Positions 1 through 13,329 of a DNA stretch of 64,000 bases are shown piece after piece. Numbering within the stretch: the stretch's first letter is position 1; every line of letters begins with the position of its first letter. Made by a program: the position numbers and the translations under genes. The DNA comes from Mobula birostris (Eukaryota): assembly GCF_030028105.1 (NCBI RefSeq), contig NC_092392.1, positions 23,018,613 through 23,082,612 on the forward strand, read 5' to 3'. The notes under the pieces are model-generated. The model ran no database searches. It was not told where the DNA came from and saw only the letters and a list, made by a program, of their open reading frames with translations.

Positions 1-1394
1 AGCATTATTACCAAAAGGAAGGGGATTGGGAAGTAATGAGTAGAAAATCTGGTGGGATTCCCCTTATTAATTTAACCATCCCCTGCCCCAGGAATTTGTT
101 CTCCTCAACAAAATCTTTTAAGTTACAAAAGACTAAGTGAATTATATTTCAGGTATTTTTGGTATTCATGAGGGAGAATTGTACACCAAATTTTGTAATG
201 AAGAATAGATCTGTAAATTAAAGAAAGTTATTGCAAAGAGTCAGTGGTGTTAAAGTAAAGATTTCAAATTAGATTCTTCTTGAAACAAAGGAATATCTAT
301 AATCCCTAAGATATTTGACTCATTTTTTCAATGGAAGGGACATTCAACAGGTTCTTGTTACAAGGGATTCGTGAACAACAAATTTTATGATGTATTCTCA
401 TGATATTAAACCTGATTCTGAATCTCTTCACCAGTTTTAGCAATCTCTGCCTCTCCTGGGTGATGCCCACTGCCTAAACAACAACTGGGCCTACTAGCTC
501 CAAAACAGAATAAGGACCAGGAGAGCTGGCTCACATTCACTCAGATCACTGACAAGGGGATCCCAACCTCTTTGTTAAACATAGTCAGCTCTCGGAGATT
601 CACCATTGTGACACATTCAGTAAAGTCAGTGAAAGTTCATTTGACTGGCTCACATTTCAGGGTCCACTATCACATCCGATAAAGGCCAGCAACAAAAGTA
701 TTAACATTCTGCAGCCATGCATCATTATCGTGAAATCTCTGTCAGGACTCATTTGTGATCAGCTCTGTTTTCTTGGCCTCAGAACCGGAGTCACATGCAG
801 CAATGAATGAAGCAAAGTTGATCTATTTTCTCACAGCGATGGTGAATTCCTGCCCTAACAAAGCGGATCAGTGCAAGCTCTTGTTTTGAAAAGTGATTGC
901 TGTGTTTGCTTTTGCAACTGTGATGTAACCTCACAGTCTCCTTCTAAACCACGGGCAGGTTCCTACGGAGACGAGGAAACAAGAGCAAGGCACTGAGTGA
1001 GAGGCCCGCTGTAGCTGAGAGTCAAGTTCATAAGCCTGAAATGATTGGATCTGACAAAATGTTATTGGAAGGATCACCATCTTCAATGGTGTTTGCTTTA
1101 GAAAGTCATTCAGAGATTTATTGAGGCTGAAAGAAAGATTGGCTGTCGGAAGTGAGGGCAGCTGAGAGTAGCAGAAATAGTGAGACTAGGGTGGAGAGGG
1201 GGTGTAGGGAACGGTCTGGGTCCATTAGGTCAACTCCCTTGATCATATATTCATGCTGCACTGTGTATCATTGTAAATATGAATAGGCATGGCAGAAGTA
1301 AATTTTATAATTTTATTAATTTCAACAGATCAAATTACATTTTATTTTTAGACATTTATTTTGAATTTAATCAATTTAAAGTTTCAGGATTACA

Positions 1395-1920
1395 CACTGT
1401 GAGAGGTGTGCAGGGAGACAGTGGGTAAGGGACATCTGGGATCCCAAACTTTACAAATAAAGGCTTATAAATGACAACATGAAAGTCACAATGGACCTTT
1501 ACAAAACATTGGTTAGGCCATGGCTGGGGTATTTGTCTTGTTCTGGAATCCACACTAAGAAAGATAGAAAGGGTGTAGAAAACTTTACCAAAATAATTCC
1601 AGCGATGAAAAGTTTTGGACATGTGGATAGTCTACATAAGTTGGGGTTGTTCTCCTCAGAATATGGGTTCAGAAGTGCATCTGATAGAAATGCAAGTAAG
1701 ATTTTCAAGGCACTCTTGTGCATTCATGTACTTGTACATATGACAGTAAACTTGACATTGACGTTGTTCATTTAAAATCATGAAGGCTACAGACAGAGTA
1801 GATTGAGAGGAGAAAACATTGAGTGATTTAGAATGATAGAGGATGAGAGGCAGCTTGATAGAGTTGTATAAAATTATGAGAGGCATAGATAGAATGGGAA
1901 AACAACACCTTTCCCAGGGT
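1395..1920 (+). mobile_element. CR1 LINE 3' fragment (decayed ORF2 C-terminus)
   Basis: ORFs 1479 (LYKTLVRPWLGY...KLGLFS) and 1843 (RGSLIELYKIMRGIDR) match CR1 C-terminal motifs; interrupted by a short insert near 1690-1775. Confidence 0.8.
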
Positions 1921-2456
1921 TTATCACATGTGAGCGAAGTCATCCAAGAGGAAAAGAAAGAGTATATATCAAGAGAGCAGCTCAGGCTTTTTAGGAATGG
2001 CTTAGGAGCATCAAGATGCATGACAGAAACACAGAGTGAACTAGAACCCATTCCTCAGCCTTTGATTTCTGTGAAGGAAAATGGTTTGTCCGTGACTCGT
2101 GTTCATGTCTTTTTAGCTTATAGAAACTGTACCTCTGTTTTAGAAATCCTTTGTGGTTTAGAAATGATTTGTAACTCGTAAATCACTGAAAATAAATAAA
2201 CTGTATTTAAACTACTTTGTTAGTTGGTAGCATCTCCCCCTTGTTTGGGTTAGGGAGCCCACCCCTCAAATAGTGTGTACTGGGAACTAAACTCACCATA
2301 TAGGATAAATAGGGAAGAGAAGTGGTTTTTGAAGACTGGGTAGTTATAATATAACCTCCCTTTAGGGAGGGTACTTGATGCTATCTGGATCAGATAGGGG
2401 TTTAATATTTTCATTTGAGTTTAGAACTTTGCGGTCAGCAAACCCAATACCATAAT

Positions 2457-2505
2457 ACACTCAGTGGCCACTTTATTAGGTATCCCTCTACACCTGCTCC
2501 TTAAT
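2457..2505 (+). mobile_element. Left-end remnant (TIR) of non-autonomous Tc1-like element
   Basis: TACACTCAGTGGCCACTTTATTAGGTA, the same terminus as the longer copies elsewhere in the window. Confidence 0.75.
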
Positions 2506-2509
2506 CGCA

Positions 2510-2686
2510 ATTGGCAATCACCTCTAATCTGGGCCGACATTTATGTGCCGGGCGGCACCTAATTAATTAGCTTGTTTATTTCGGCTTTTTTCTTAATGAT
2601 GTGCTGGGTGTGTTCTGGCCACCGCTGCACTCCTGCATTCTTCGCAGCAACGTATCGGTCAGCGGCCCGGAGGTTGGGGTCCACTG
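2510..2686. mobile_element. One end of a hAT-like MITE
   Basis: CpG-rich stretch ending GGTTGGGGTCCACTG (reverse complement CAGTGGACCCCAACC, a hAT/Charlie-type terminus); no partner end seen. Confidence 0.5.
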
Positions 2687-2990
2687 GCCTATTTAGCCCA
2701 TTGATCATGGCTGATCCATTTTCCCACTCAGCCACAATCTCCTGCCTACTCCCTGTATCCCTTCATGCCCAGACTAATCAAGAATCTATCAACCTCAGCC
2801 TTATACCCAATGACTTGGCCTCCTCAGCCATCTGTGGCAGCAAATTCCACAGATGTAACACTCTCTGGCTGAAAAAAAAAACTCCTCCTCATCTCCGTTC
2901 TAAAAGGACGTCCCTCTATTTTGAGGCTGTGTCCTCTGGTCCTAGAAACTCCCAACATAAGAAACATCCTCTCGACATCCACTCTATCAG
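2687..2990 (-). mobile_element. CR1 LINE 3' end
   Basis: Minus ORF DRVDVERMF...SRTRGHSLKIEGRPFRTEMRRSFF is the typical CR1 ORF2 end. Confidence 0.85.
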
Positions 2991-3194
2991 GATATTGTGA
3001 CTTCATCCACTGTTACGAAACATGGAAATTGTCAGCAGGTCTGAGAGCAACTATAGAAAGAGGAAAACGGAGTGAACATTTCAGGTCAACAACTTGCCTT
3101 TTCTGTTTCAGATTTGCAACATCTGAACTATTTTACTCTTGGATGCTAAAAGATACTTGTCAAACAAACAAACAATGCTGAGCCATTTAAGAAG

Positions 3195-3610
3195 TTATTG
3201 GTATTGGTAGTAGTTTGTGACCACAGTGAAAAACTTTTTAATTTGCTGTGTTATCCAGACAGATCATACATTCCTGAGTGTACTGAGGTAATTAAAAAGA
3301 AAATCAGAATGCAGAGAATAGTGTTGAAGTTACAGAGAAAGTGAAATGTAGATAGAAAAATTAAGTACGATGCAGATTTTGAGTTCAATTGTTAGTTCAT
3401 GAGAGGTTTGTTGAAGAGTCTGATGAACAATGGAATAGAAGCTGTCCTTGAGTTTGGTGGTTCGTGCTCCCAGGCATTCATATCTTCTGCCCAAGGGAAG
3501 GGACCAGAAGGTGGAATGACTGGGGTAAGAGGCATCCTTGATAATGTTAGCTGCTTCCCTGAGGCAGTAGAAAATGCAGACAGAGTCAATGGAGGGGTGG
3601 CTGCTTGCTA
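3195..3610 (-). mobile_element. Rex/Babar-like LINE 3' fragment (DUF1891 region)
   Basis: Minus ORF CLREAANIIKDASYPSHSTFWSLPLGRRY...RTTKLKDSFY. Confidence 0.75.
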
Positions 3611-3831
3611 GAGGGAAGTGGTCAAAGAGATAGGATAGATGAAGCATGCTAGAGGAGGTAGAATGGGATGAGAGACGGAATTCCAAAGTTCAGGGTCTTG
3701 GTGGCTGGAAACAGTTTTAAAGAGCTGCCTTACATGATAGTGTGACTGTACTTGTAATGCTTTACAGCACGAGCGACAAGGGTTCAGTTCTTCCTGCTGC
3801 CTTTATGGACCTGTACATTCCTCCTGTGCAT

Positions 3832-6800
3832 CAGACCATAAGGTATAGGAGCAGAATTAGGCAATTAGGCCCATGGAGTCTGTTCCACCTTTTCATCATG
3901 GCTGATCCAATTTTCCAATTTTCAACCTCTGCCTTAAATATACATTAATACTTGGCCTCTACAGTTGCCTGTAGCAAAGAATTCCACAGATTCACCACTT
4001 TTTGGTTAAAGAAATTATTCCTCGTCTCCATTCTAAAAGGGCGCCCCTCTATTCTGAGGCTGTGCCCTCTGGTCTTGGACTCTCCCACCATAAGCAACAT
4101 CCTCTCCACACTCTATCAAGTCCTTTCATCATTCAATAGGTTTTAAATAGGTCATCCCTCATTCTTCTGAATTCTAGTGAACACAGGCCCAGAGCCATCA
4201 AAATGTTGTTCATGTGACAAGCTATTTAATCCTAGAATCATTTTCGTGAATCTCCTTTGAACCTTCTCAGTTTCAGCACATCCTTTCTAAGATAGGGGGC
4301 CCATACCTGCTCACAATACTTCAAGTGAGGCTTCACCAGTGCTTTATAAAGTCTCAACATTATATCCTTACGTTTATATTCTAGTCCTCTTGAAATAAAT
4401 GCTAACATTGCAATTGCCTTCATCACCACAGACTCAACCTGTAAATTAATCTTTAGGGAATCCTGCACAAGGACTCCCAAGCCCCATTGCATCTCAGATT
4501 TTTGTATTTTCTCTCCATTTAGAAAATACTCAGCCTTTTCAATTCTTCTACCAAAATACATGACCATACACTTCCCAATACTATCTTCCATCTGCCATTT
4601 CTTTACTCATTCTCCTAATCTAAGTCCTTCTGTAGCCTCTCTACTTCCTCAAAACAATCTGCCCCTCCACCTATCTTCATATCAACTGAAAACTTGCAAC
4701 AAAGCCATCGATTCCATCATCCAAATCATTGATATATAATGTAAAAAGAATCAGTCCCAACACAGGGGAACACCACTAGGCACAGGCAACTAACCACAAA
4801 AGGCTCCCTTTATTCCCACTCTTTGCCACCTGCCAATCAGTCACTGCTTTATCCATGGTAGATTCTTTCCTGCGATGCTATGAGCTCATAGGTTGTTAAG
4901 CAACCTCATGTGTGGCATCTTGTCAAAGGCCTTCTGAAAATCCAAGCAGACAACATCAACCGGTTCTCCTTTGTCTGTCCTGCTTGTTATTTCTTCAAAG
5001 AATTCTAACAGCTTTGTCAGGCAAGATTTTCCGTTGAGGAAACCATGCTGACTACGGCCTATTTAATCATGTGCCTCGAAGTACCCTGAGACTTCATCCT
5101 TTATAATTGACTCCAATATCTTCTGAACCGCTGAGGTCAGACTAACTGGCCTATAGTTTCCTCTCTTCTGCTTCTGTCCTTTCTTGAAGAGTGGAGAGAC
5201 ATTTGCAATTTCCCAGTCTTCTAGAACCATTCCAGAATCTAGAGATTCTTGAAAGATCATTACAAATGCCTCCATGATCTCTTCAGCCACCACTTTCAGG
5301 ACCCTGAGGTGTATACCGTCTAGTCCAGGTGACTGACCTACCTTCAGACCTTTTAGTTTCCCAAGAACCTTCTCTCTAGTTATGGTAACTTCATACACTT
5401 CATGCTCCCTGACACTGGAACTTCCACCATAATACTAGTGTCTTCTACAGTGAATTCTGATGCAAAACACTTATTCAGTTCGTCTGCTATTTTGTTGCCA
5501 CCCATTACTAACTCTCAAGCATAATTTCCAGATATCCACTCTCACCGCTCTTTTGCACTTTATGTATCCTCTTTAATATTATTGGCTAGCTTTCTTTCAT
5601 ATTCATCTTTAGCTTATTAATGATTTTTTTAGTTGCCTTCAATTGGCTTTTAAAAGCTTCCTAGTCCTCTAACTTCCTACTAAATTTTGTTGTATTATAT
5701 GCCCTCTCATAATACTGATACATCTAACTTTAGCTTCTCCTTCTCAAATTTCAGGGTGAATTCAATCATATTATGATCATGTGTCCCTTAGGGTTCTTTT
5801 ACCTTAATCTCTCTAATCAATTCTGGTTCATTGCACAACGTTGGATCCCAAATAGCCAATCCTCTATGAGTTGCTCTAAAAAGCCTTCATGTAGGGACTC
5901 AAGAAATTCCCCGTCCTGTAATCCAGCACCAATGTGATTTTCCCAATTTACCTGCATATTGAAATTCCCCATCATTATTGTAAGGTCGCCCTTTTGGTGT
6001 GCATTTTCTATCTTTCTTTGTAAATTGTAATCTACAACCTTACTACTATTTGGGAGTCTGTATACAACTCCCATCAGGGTCTTTTTGCATTTACAGTTCC
6101 TTAGCTCTATCCACAATGATTCAAAACCTTCTGACCCTATATCACTTCTTGCTCATTTTTTACTAACAGAGCAACATCATCCCCTCTGATTTCCTGCCTG
6201 TCCTATCAATACATTGCATACAATTGATACAATCTGCGGTTCACCAAACTTATTCCATATATGGCGCACATTCAGATACAACACCTTCAGTCCTGCATTC
6301 GCCCTTTTCGATTTTGTCTGTCTTTTTCATGGGAACTTATCCTGTTCCCTGCAATTTTGCCCTACCAACAGCCTCTCCTCACTACACATTGCCTCTGTTT
6401 GTAAACTAGCTACCTCAACTTCAGCACTATTATCTGCCTTTCCTAAGATGCTTCTTGCATTGAAACATAGGCAGTTCAGGACACTAGTTACACCATGCTC
6501 AACGTTATGATTTCTAATCTTGTCTGAAGACATCTGCCTCCACAACCTCTCCACTAACTATTTTGGCATTCTGGCTTCCACTCCTGCAACACTAGTTTAA
6601 ACCCCACTGTGCAGCATTAACAAACCTTCCAGCTGGGATATTTGTCCCCCTCCGGTTCAGGAGCAAACCGTCCCTTATGCTTAGGTCCCACCTTCCCTGG
6701 AAGAGAGCCCAAAGATCGAGAAATCTTATGGCCTCCCTCCTACACCAACTCCTTAACACCAATTAAAGTGTACAGTATAATCTTCCTAGTTCTGGCCTCA

Positions 6801-7540
6801 TTAGCATGTAGCACTGATAGCATTTCTGAGCTCACAACCCTGGATGTCCTACCCTTTAATTTAGCACGTATCTCCCTGAACTCCCATTGCAGAATCTCAT
6901 CACTTGTCCTACCCATGTCATTAGTATCAAAATGGATCATGACTTCTGACTGTTCATTCTCCCACTTAAGAATGCTGAAGACTCCATCCGAGATATCCCT
7001 GGCACCTGGGAGGCAATGTAACATCATACCATCAGGGAATCTCATTCTTGCCCACAGAACCCCCTTACGTAACAATCCCCTATCACCACAGTGTGCCTCT
7101 TCCCCCCCACCCCTACTCCTTCGCTTCTGAGTCACAGAGCCAGAGACCGGACCACTGTGACTTTCCACTGCTAGGTCATTCCCCCCCATCCCCGACAGTA
7201 TCCAAAGTAATATACCTGTTGTCGAAGGGGATGGCCTCAGGAGTACTCTGAGCTGGCTCCTTAACCCCTTTCCCCTTCCTGACTGTCATTCAGTCTCCTG
7301 TGTCCTGCACCTTGGGTGTAACTACCTCTCTATAAGTCCTATCTATCACCCCTTCAGCCTCCTGAATGATCTAGAGTTCCTCGAGTTCCAGCTCCAACTC
7401 CTTAATGCTGTTTGTTAAAAGCTGCAGCTGGATGCACTTCTTGCAGTTGTAGTCATCAGGGACACTAGAGGTCTCCTTGTCTTCTCACATCCCACAAGAG
7501 GAGCATTTCACCATCCTGCCTGGCATCTCCACTGTCTTAG
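3832..7540 (-). mobile_element. Near full-length decayed CR1 LINE (ORF1 Zn-finger/SGNH esterase plus ORF2 endonuclease-RT)
   Basis: ORF1: CLPGARDISD...EVMIHFDTNDMGR (6740-7189). EN: CFNARSI, WIELRN...GVVYRLPN...MGNFN. RT region: SPGLDGIH...NYRPVSLTS and LYKALVKPHLKYCEQVWAPY. CR1 3' UTR near 3832-3950. Many frameshifts. Confidence 0.92.
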
Positions 7541-7759
7541 CTAATATCACCACTCTGACAATGTCCACTCAGGCGATGGCCCCTGCCATCCTTTAACTTG
7601 CTTTTACTAATGAATCTCAAATGCCAATTGGTTGCTGGTTGAAGCACTATAATGCTGCCGCGACCTGCTCCTGCCTTTTATCCTCAGGCAGTGGGCCTGT
7701 TTGAAGTCCCTTCCTCTCCAAACTTTCAATGTCCGGGTTGGCCACTGGTCAAAGCACGG

Positions 7760-7985
7760 GTGGGTTTTCTTTGGGTGCACTACCAGTTTCCTCCGACATT
7801 CCAAACACGTACGGGTTAAGGTTAGTAAGTTATGGCTATACCATGCTGGCGTCTGAAACAGGGTGATACTTGAGGGCTGCCTTAAGCACATCCTTGGAGT
7901 GGGTCGGCCTTTGATGCAAACAATACAGTTCACTATATGTCTTGAAGTTTCAATGTACATGTGGCAAATAAAGCTAATCTTTTCT
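7760..7985 (+). mobile_element. V-SINE/HE1-like SINE fragment
   Basis: GTGGGTTTTCTTGGGTGCACTACCAGTTTCCTCCGACATTCCAAA resembles the V domain; LINE-like tail ending AATAAAGCTAATCTT. Confidence 0.65.
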
Positions 7986-8589
7986 TTAATTAGTGGAGCA
8001 ATGAAATTCGGGACCAAAATGGTGCAGTTACTCAGAAGGTGAAGGGGTGGCAATGAAGATAGATGAGAAGACACAGTAAAACGTTAAGTAAGTTAATTGA
8101 TGTTTGTAATACACTGTGACCTTCTACATAATAGTTTAACTGGCACTGGACTCTTTTGCATTCCATTTCTATACATAATTCCCATCAGATTCTCTTATTT
8201 GGTCAGCAGTGATTAAGTGTTAGCCCATTATTTACATTTTACACAGCACATTGATGAGAGTAGATTCGGATCTTATGCTCTCACTAATACATTTTAAAGA
8301 GTAAATATTGGCCCAATTCTATCTTATTTATAAACTATTCAACTTTTTATTTAAAGGAGATGCAAATACATGGAAACTTGTTAATGTTATTTTAATTAGT
8401 GTGAGAACCTTTCAAATAAAAGCAAATTGAATGTGGAATAATGAAATTCCAAAAGACACGCTGGGTCCAGGCTTGGCAATATCTCAAGGGAGAGGGAGAC
8501 GAGACTTGTTCAAGAGAGCACTAGTTGGCCTAGAGTTTTTAAAAATTGTTCCGGTAAACACTTATTTTGTCCAAACTCTATATAGCTGT

Positions 8590-8870
8590 TTTTCCCAGGG
8601 CAGCAATGGCTAAAACAAAAGGGCATACTTTTAAGGTGATTGTATGACAGTACAGGGAGGATATGAGAGGTAGCTTTTTCTACACAGAGAGTGGTGGGTG
8701 TGTGGCATGCACTGCCAGGTGTGGTGATAGAGTTAGATACTTTAAGGGTATTTAAGAGATTCTCAGATAGACAGATGTTTCAAAGAAAAGTGGAGGGCTG
8801 TGTGAGAGGGTAAGGTTAGATTGATCTTAGATAGTCAGTATGACATGTTGGACCAAAGGGGCTGTATTCT
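8590..8870 (+). mobile_element. CR1 LINE 3' end
   Basis: ...TTTTTCTACACAGAGAGTGGTGGGTGTGTGG...CTGCCAGG, ending GCTGTATTCTATG. Confidence 0.7.
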
Positions 8871-9532
8871 ATGACTGCTTTTCTGTGTGGACCACTAGTT
8901 GTGGAGCTCTTTATGTTATGTATAAAATTCTCACCAAACACACAAAGGCAATTCCCTTTCAATTTAAGTTAACTATGTCAAATAAAAATACTAATTGATT
9001 CATACAGAAGATCAGCATTTAATTGGCAAGGTAGGTGAGGGTATAGCCCTCAAAACAACTTTGAAAACCGCATGCTGATGCCCTTACTTCAGAGTGTGAC
9101 ACAAGTTCAGCAGTGTTACAAATTGACAAGTGCTTTATACCACCTCAAACTGACTGGTGTGAGGCTTCGCAGGGTATTTCATTGATTTTATCCGGTTAGA
9201 TCTCAATTCATTATGTAAAGCAAAAAAGGATTATTATACATTTCACAAGATTGAGGGCGGGGGGCTTAAAATGCCTAAAAGTTAGTGAAGTGGTTGTATA
9301 ATCACAGGAAGCATAAAAGTCAGTGTGTGCACAAAATGCTCACAATGAGATAACTACGTTAAAGAATATTATTATTCAGAACATTTGGGGTGATGTGACT
9401 GTTCTTCCTCAGAATATTTCCCTGGGATCATTCATATTCACCTCAGACAGAAGGTGGATCCTCCACTTATTCTTATTAGGAAGCAGGCACCTCAACTGCA
9501 GCTACAAGAGTTTCTATTGCCAGAATTCTAAA

Positions 9533-9675
9533 GCAACACTCAAAGGAGCTGGAGGAACTCAATAGGTTAGGCAGCATCCGGAGAGAGAAATGGACAGTCA
9601 ATATTTTGGATTGGTACCATTTTCCTTCACAGAAACTGCCTGACCCACTGTGTTTCTCCATCACGTTTGTGTTGC
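9533..9675. mobile_element. Penelope-derived fold-back mini element
   Basis: Imperfect inverted arms of about 60 bp (GCAACAC...GCTGGAGGAACTCA...GGCAGCATC and its complement), related to the Penelope terminus at 43600-43725. Confidence 0.6.
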
Positions 9676-9739
9676 TCCAATGATGTAAAACTTTGTTCAC
9701 ACCCGGCTGAAACACAAAGGAAGAAGACCCCCTCTACCC

Positions 9740-10350
9740 AGCACTTTGTTAGCAAATATGCAGTCGACAGAGAACAAAATTCAGGACCTGACAGCAAGAT
9801 TGCTGTATTGGAGGAATGTGGGAGATTGTTGTATTCTATGTGTGACTGAGAGGTAGCTTACTCCTGGCACACCAGATATGACGATTAGACTCGAAGGCTT
9901 CTCAATTCACAGGATGGGCCGACCTGCTGATTTGGAAAAGGGAAAAGGTGGAGATGTGTTTCATGATAAACTCTGGCTGGTGCTCTGATGTGGCAGTGTT
10001 GTTGAACTCATGTTTCCCCGACCTTGAACCCCCAACAGTCAAATTTACCTAGGGGGTTCTACTCCGTAATACAGACCGCCGTTTACATACCACCACCGGC
10101 TGACTATAATCAACCACTTGAAATACTGCATGATGCTGTCTCCAGAATGAAGCAGTCCATCCAGCATTTCAAATCATATTTGGGGTCTTCGCCCAGGCTT
10201 GTTTGAAGAAAACCCTGCCTAGTTACCATTAGTATATAATCTGTAGCACCAGAGGTCCCAACGCACTAGGCCACTGTTGTACTAAGATAAGGAATGCCTA
10301 CTGTTCTATACCCAGAATGCATTTTGGTAATTCTCATCATTTTGCTGTCC
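9740..10350 (+). mobile_element. Rex/Babar-like LINE endonuclease fragment
   Basis: ORF 10024 LPRGFYSVIQTAVYIPPPAD resembles the APE endonuclease of this clade. Confidence 0.65.
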
Positions 10351-10369
10351 CTCTCCTACCTGCATATCC

Positions 10370-11410
10370 ACCATTGGTATGCCACATCCCCTGCAATGAA
10401 GCCAACTGAAAGTGAATTAAGAAAGATACCAAAAGGTGCCACAGCAGTGTTCAAGAATGACATTGGAAAATTCAAACATATCAAGGGTAAAATAGTGTTA
10501 AATGAAAATACTGCACCCAAGTTTTATGAAGTCCATCTGTTTCTTATAATATCCATGATGAAATAGCCAGTAAGCAAGATCGCATGGAGGCTGAAGGAAT
10601 TCTTTCCAAAGTTGAGTGGAGCCCATGGACAACACCAGTGGTCTCAGTAGCCAAGAAGAATGGGTCTGTAAGGTTACCATCAACCCAGTATTGAAAGTAG
10701 ATCGATACACTCTGCCCAGGATAGAGGATATCTCTGCAAACCTTTCTGGAGGAAAACTCTTCAGTAAAGTGGACTTAGCTGAGGACTACCTACAGATAGA
10801 GATGGAAGAATAGCCCAAGGCGTTTCTCACCATAAACAGACACAAAGGGCTTTATCACTATAATAGGCTTATTTTTGGAGCAGTATCTGCACCTGCACCC
10901 TGGCAGAAAGCTATGGACCAGGTGCTGGAAGGCTGTCCAGCACTCAGTGGTACCTGAATGACATTATTGTTACTGGTAAAGATGACAAGGAACATCTGCA
11001 AAACCGGAAGATTGTTAAAAAAATTAGATGATTATGGAGCTCAGAGCACCATGTGGCAAGTGTGAATTCTTTAAATCAAGCATTACTTACTGTGATTACC
11101 CTATTGATGCATAAGGTTTTACACAATGCGCTGAGAAGATTCAAGCAGCGCTGAATGCCCCAAGACCAAAGGACATGTCATAGTTACCGTCCGTTTTAGG
11201 AATTGTAAAATGCTATAAAAGGTTCCTGCAAAACCTTTCTACTGTGCTTCACACCTTGAACTCATTACAGCAGATCAGGAAAAAGATGGGAATTAACAAA
11301 ACAGTTCTAGATGGCTTTCAAAAAGATAAGGGAAATGGTGACATCAGACACTGTATTCAAACATTATGATCTACATCATCCAGAAAAGCGTGTTTGTGAT
11401 GCCTCCTTTT
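10370..11410 (+). mobile_element. Gypsy-type (K02A2.6-like) pol fragment, RT region, no LTRs seen
   Basis: KVTINPVLKVDRYTLPRIEDISANLSGGKLFSKVDLAEDYLQ; degenerate YLNDI at about 10951; stops and frameshifts. Confidence 0.85.
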
Positions 11411-11509
11411 AAGCAAACATGAAGTCAGACTCACATTTTGAACTCCTGTATCTTTCTTTGAATTAGCTTAATGTTTTAAACTTATAAAATATAACAATGA
11501 ATCAACATT

Positions 11510-12845
11510 TTGGAGGGAGATTGAAAATCTGGCTTAGTAGTGCCATAATAACAACCTCTTATTCAATATCTGCAAGACTAAAGAGCTGATTATTGCCTTC
11601 AGAAGGAGGAAACCAGAGATCAATAAGTCATCCTCGTTGGAGAATTAGAGGTGGAGGATCAGCAACTTTAAAATCTTCTGTGTTATTATTTAGGAGGACC
11701 TGTCTTGGGACCAGCACATAATTACAATTATGAAGAAAGCACGGCTGCACCTTTACTTTCTTAGGAGTCTGCAAAGATTTAGCATGGCATCTAAAACTTT
11801 GACAAACCTCTGTAGATGTGTAGTGGAGAGAATATTGACTGCCTGCATCATAGCCTGATATGGCAACATCAATACTCTTGGACAGAAAATCCTACAAAGT
11901 AGTGGATATGGCCCATTCCATCACGAGTAAAGCCCTCCCCACTATTGAACACATCTACATGAAGCATTGTCACAGGAAAATCAGGGATCGCCACCACCCA
12001 GGTCATATGGTCTTTTCACTGCTGCCATTGGGAAGAAGGTACAGGAGCCTTAGGACTCACACAACCAGGTTCAGCAATATTTACTACCCTTCAACCATTA
12101 GGCTCTTGAACCATAGGGGAGAACTTCACACAGCTTCACTTGCCCCATCACTGAATTGTTCCCACAACATATGGATTCACTTTCAGGGACTCTTCATCTC
12201 AGGCTGTTGATATTTATTGCTTATTTATTATTATTATTATTTATTTCTTCTTGTATTTGCATAGTTTGTTGTCTGTTACACACTGGTTGAAAGCCCAAGT
12301 TGGAGCTGTCTTTCACTGATTCTATTATAGTTATACTTTATACTTTATACTTTATTGCTGCCAAACAATTGATACTAGAACGTACAATCATCACAGCAAT
12401 ATTTGATTCTGCGCTTCCCGCTCCCTGGAGTACAAATTGATAGAAAATATTAAAAATTTAAATTATAAATCATAAATAGAAAACTAGAAAATGGAAAGTA
12501 AGATAGTGCAAAAAAACCGAGAGGCAGTTCCGGGTATTTGGAGGGTACAGTCCAGATCCGGGTCAGGATCTGTTCAGCAGTCTTATCACAGTTCGAAAGA
12601 AGCTGTTCCCAAATCTGGCCTTATGAGTCTTCAAGCTCCTGAGCCTTCTCCCAGAGGGAAGAGAGACAAAAAGTGTGTTGGCTGGGTGGGTCGTGTCCTT
12701 GACTATCCTGGCAGCACTGCTCTGACAGCGTGCAGTATAAAGTTATTAGTCTAGTATGGATTTATTGAATATGCTTCTTAAAAAATGTATCTCAGGTTGT
12801 TTATGGTGACGTATATGTACATTGATAATAAATTTGCTTTGAATT
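11510..12845 (+). mobile_element. Rex/Babar-like LINE 3' part with 3' UTR
   Basis: ORF 11860 LPTIEHIY...HPGHMVFSLLPLGRRYRSLRTHTTRFSNIYYP; tail ATAATAAATTTGCTTTGAA. Confidence 0.8.
12331..12738 (-). mobile_element. Nested LINE 3' end in reverse orientation with (ATAAAGT)n tail
   Basis: TTATACTTTATACTTTATACTTTATT tail; AGTTAT on both sides (possible TSD); interrupts the 3' UTR of the previous element. Confidence 0.6.
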
Positions 12846-12924
12846 TTAATACTGCTCTCATAATCTCAGCCTGGATTGTTTTCTCTTATCTCTGGAGCAA
12901 GATTTGAATGTTCTCATTCAGAGA

Positions 12925-13325
12925 ATATATGGAGGTTTTGAAGAAGGTATAGAAGAGGTTTACCAGGATGCTTCTTGAATTAGATGGCATGCACTATAAA
13001 GAAAGATTACGCAAACTTTGCTTGTTAACTCTGCAGAGCCTGAGAGGAGACCTGTTAGAGTTTATAAGATAATGACAGGCATAGAGAGAGTAGACAGGCA
13101 ATATTCCTATCAGCACTGAAATGTTTAATACCATTAAACATGCACTGAAGGTAAGAGGAGCTAAGTTCAAAGTGATATGTGGGGAAGATTTTTACAGAGG
13201 AAGTGGTGGTGCCTGGAATGTACTACCCTGGGTGATGTTGGAGGTACTTGTGATAGAGGCTTTCAAGAGGCCCTCAACAGACACATGACTGTGGAGGAAA
13301 TGGAAGGATATTAGATATTGTGGAC
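12925..13325 (+). mobile_element. CR1 LINE 3' fragment
   Basis: Translates to KVxKRFTRML...LRGDLLEFIR-like CR1 C-terminus. Confidence 0.7.
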
Positions 13326-13329
13326 ATAC

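Noticed and set aside
1925-2430. LTR-like segment (TATA-like at about 1962, AATAAA at about 2191)
   Set aside because: No clear TG...CA termini, TSD or second copy to support the call.
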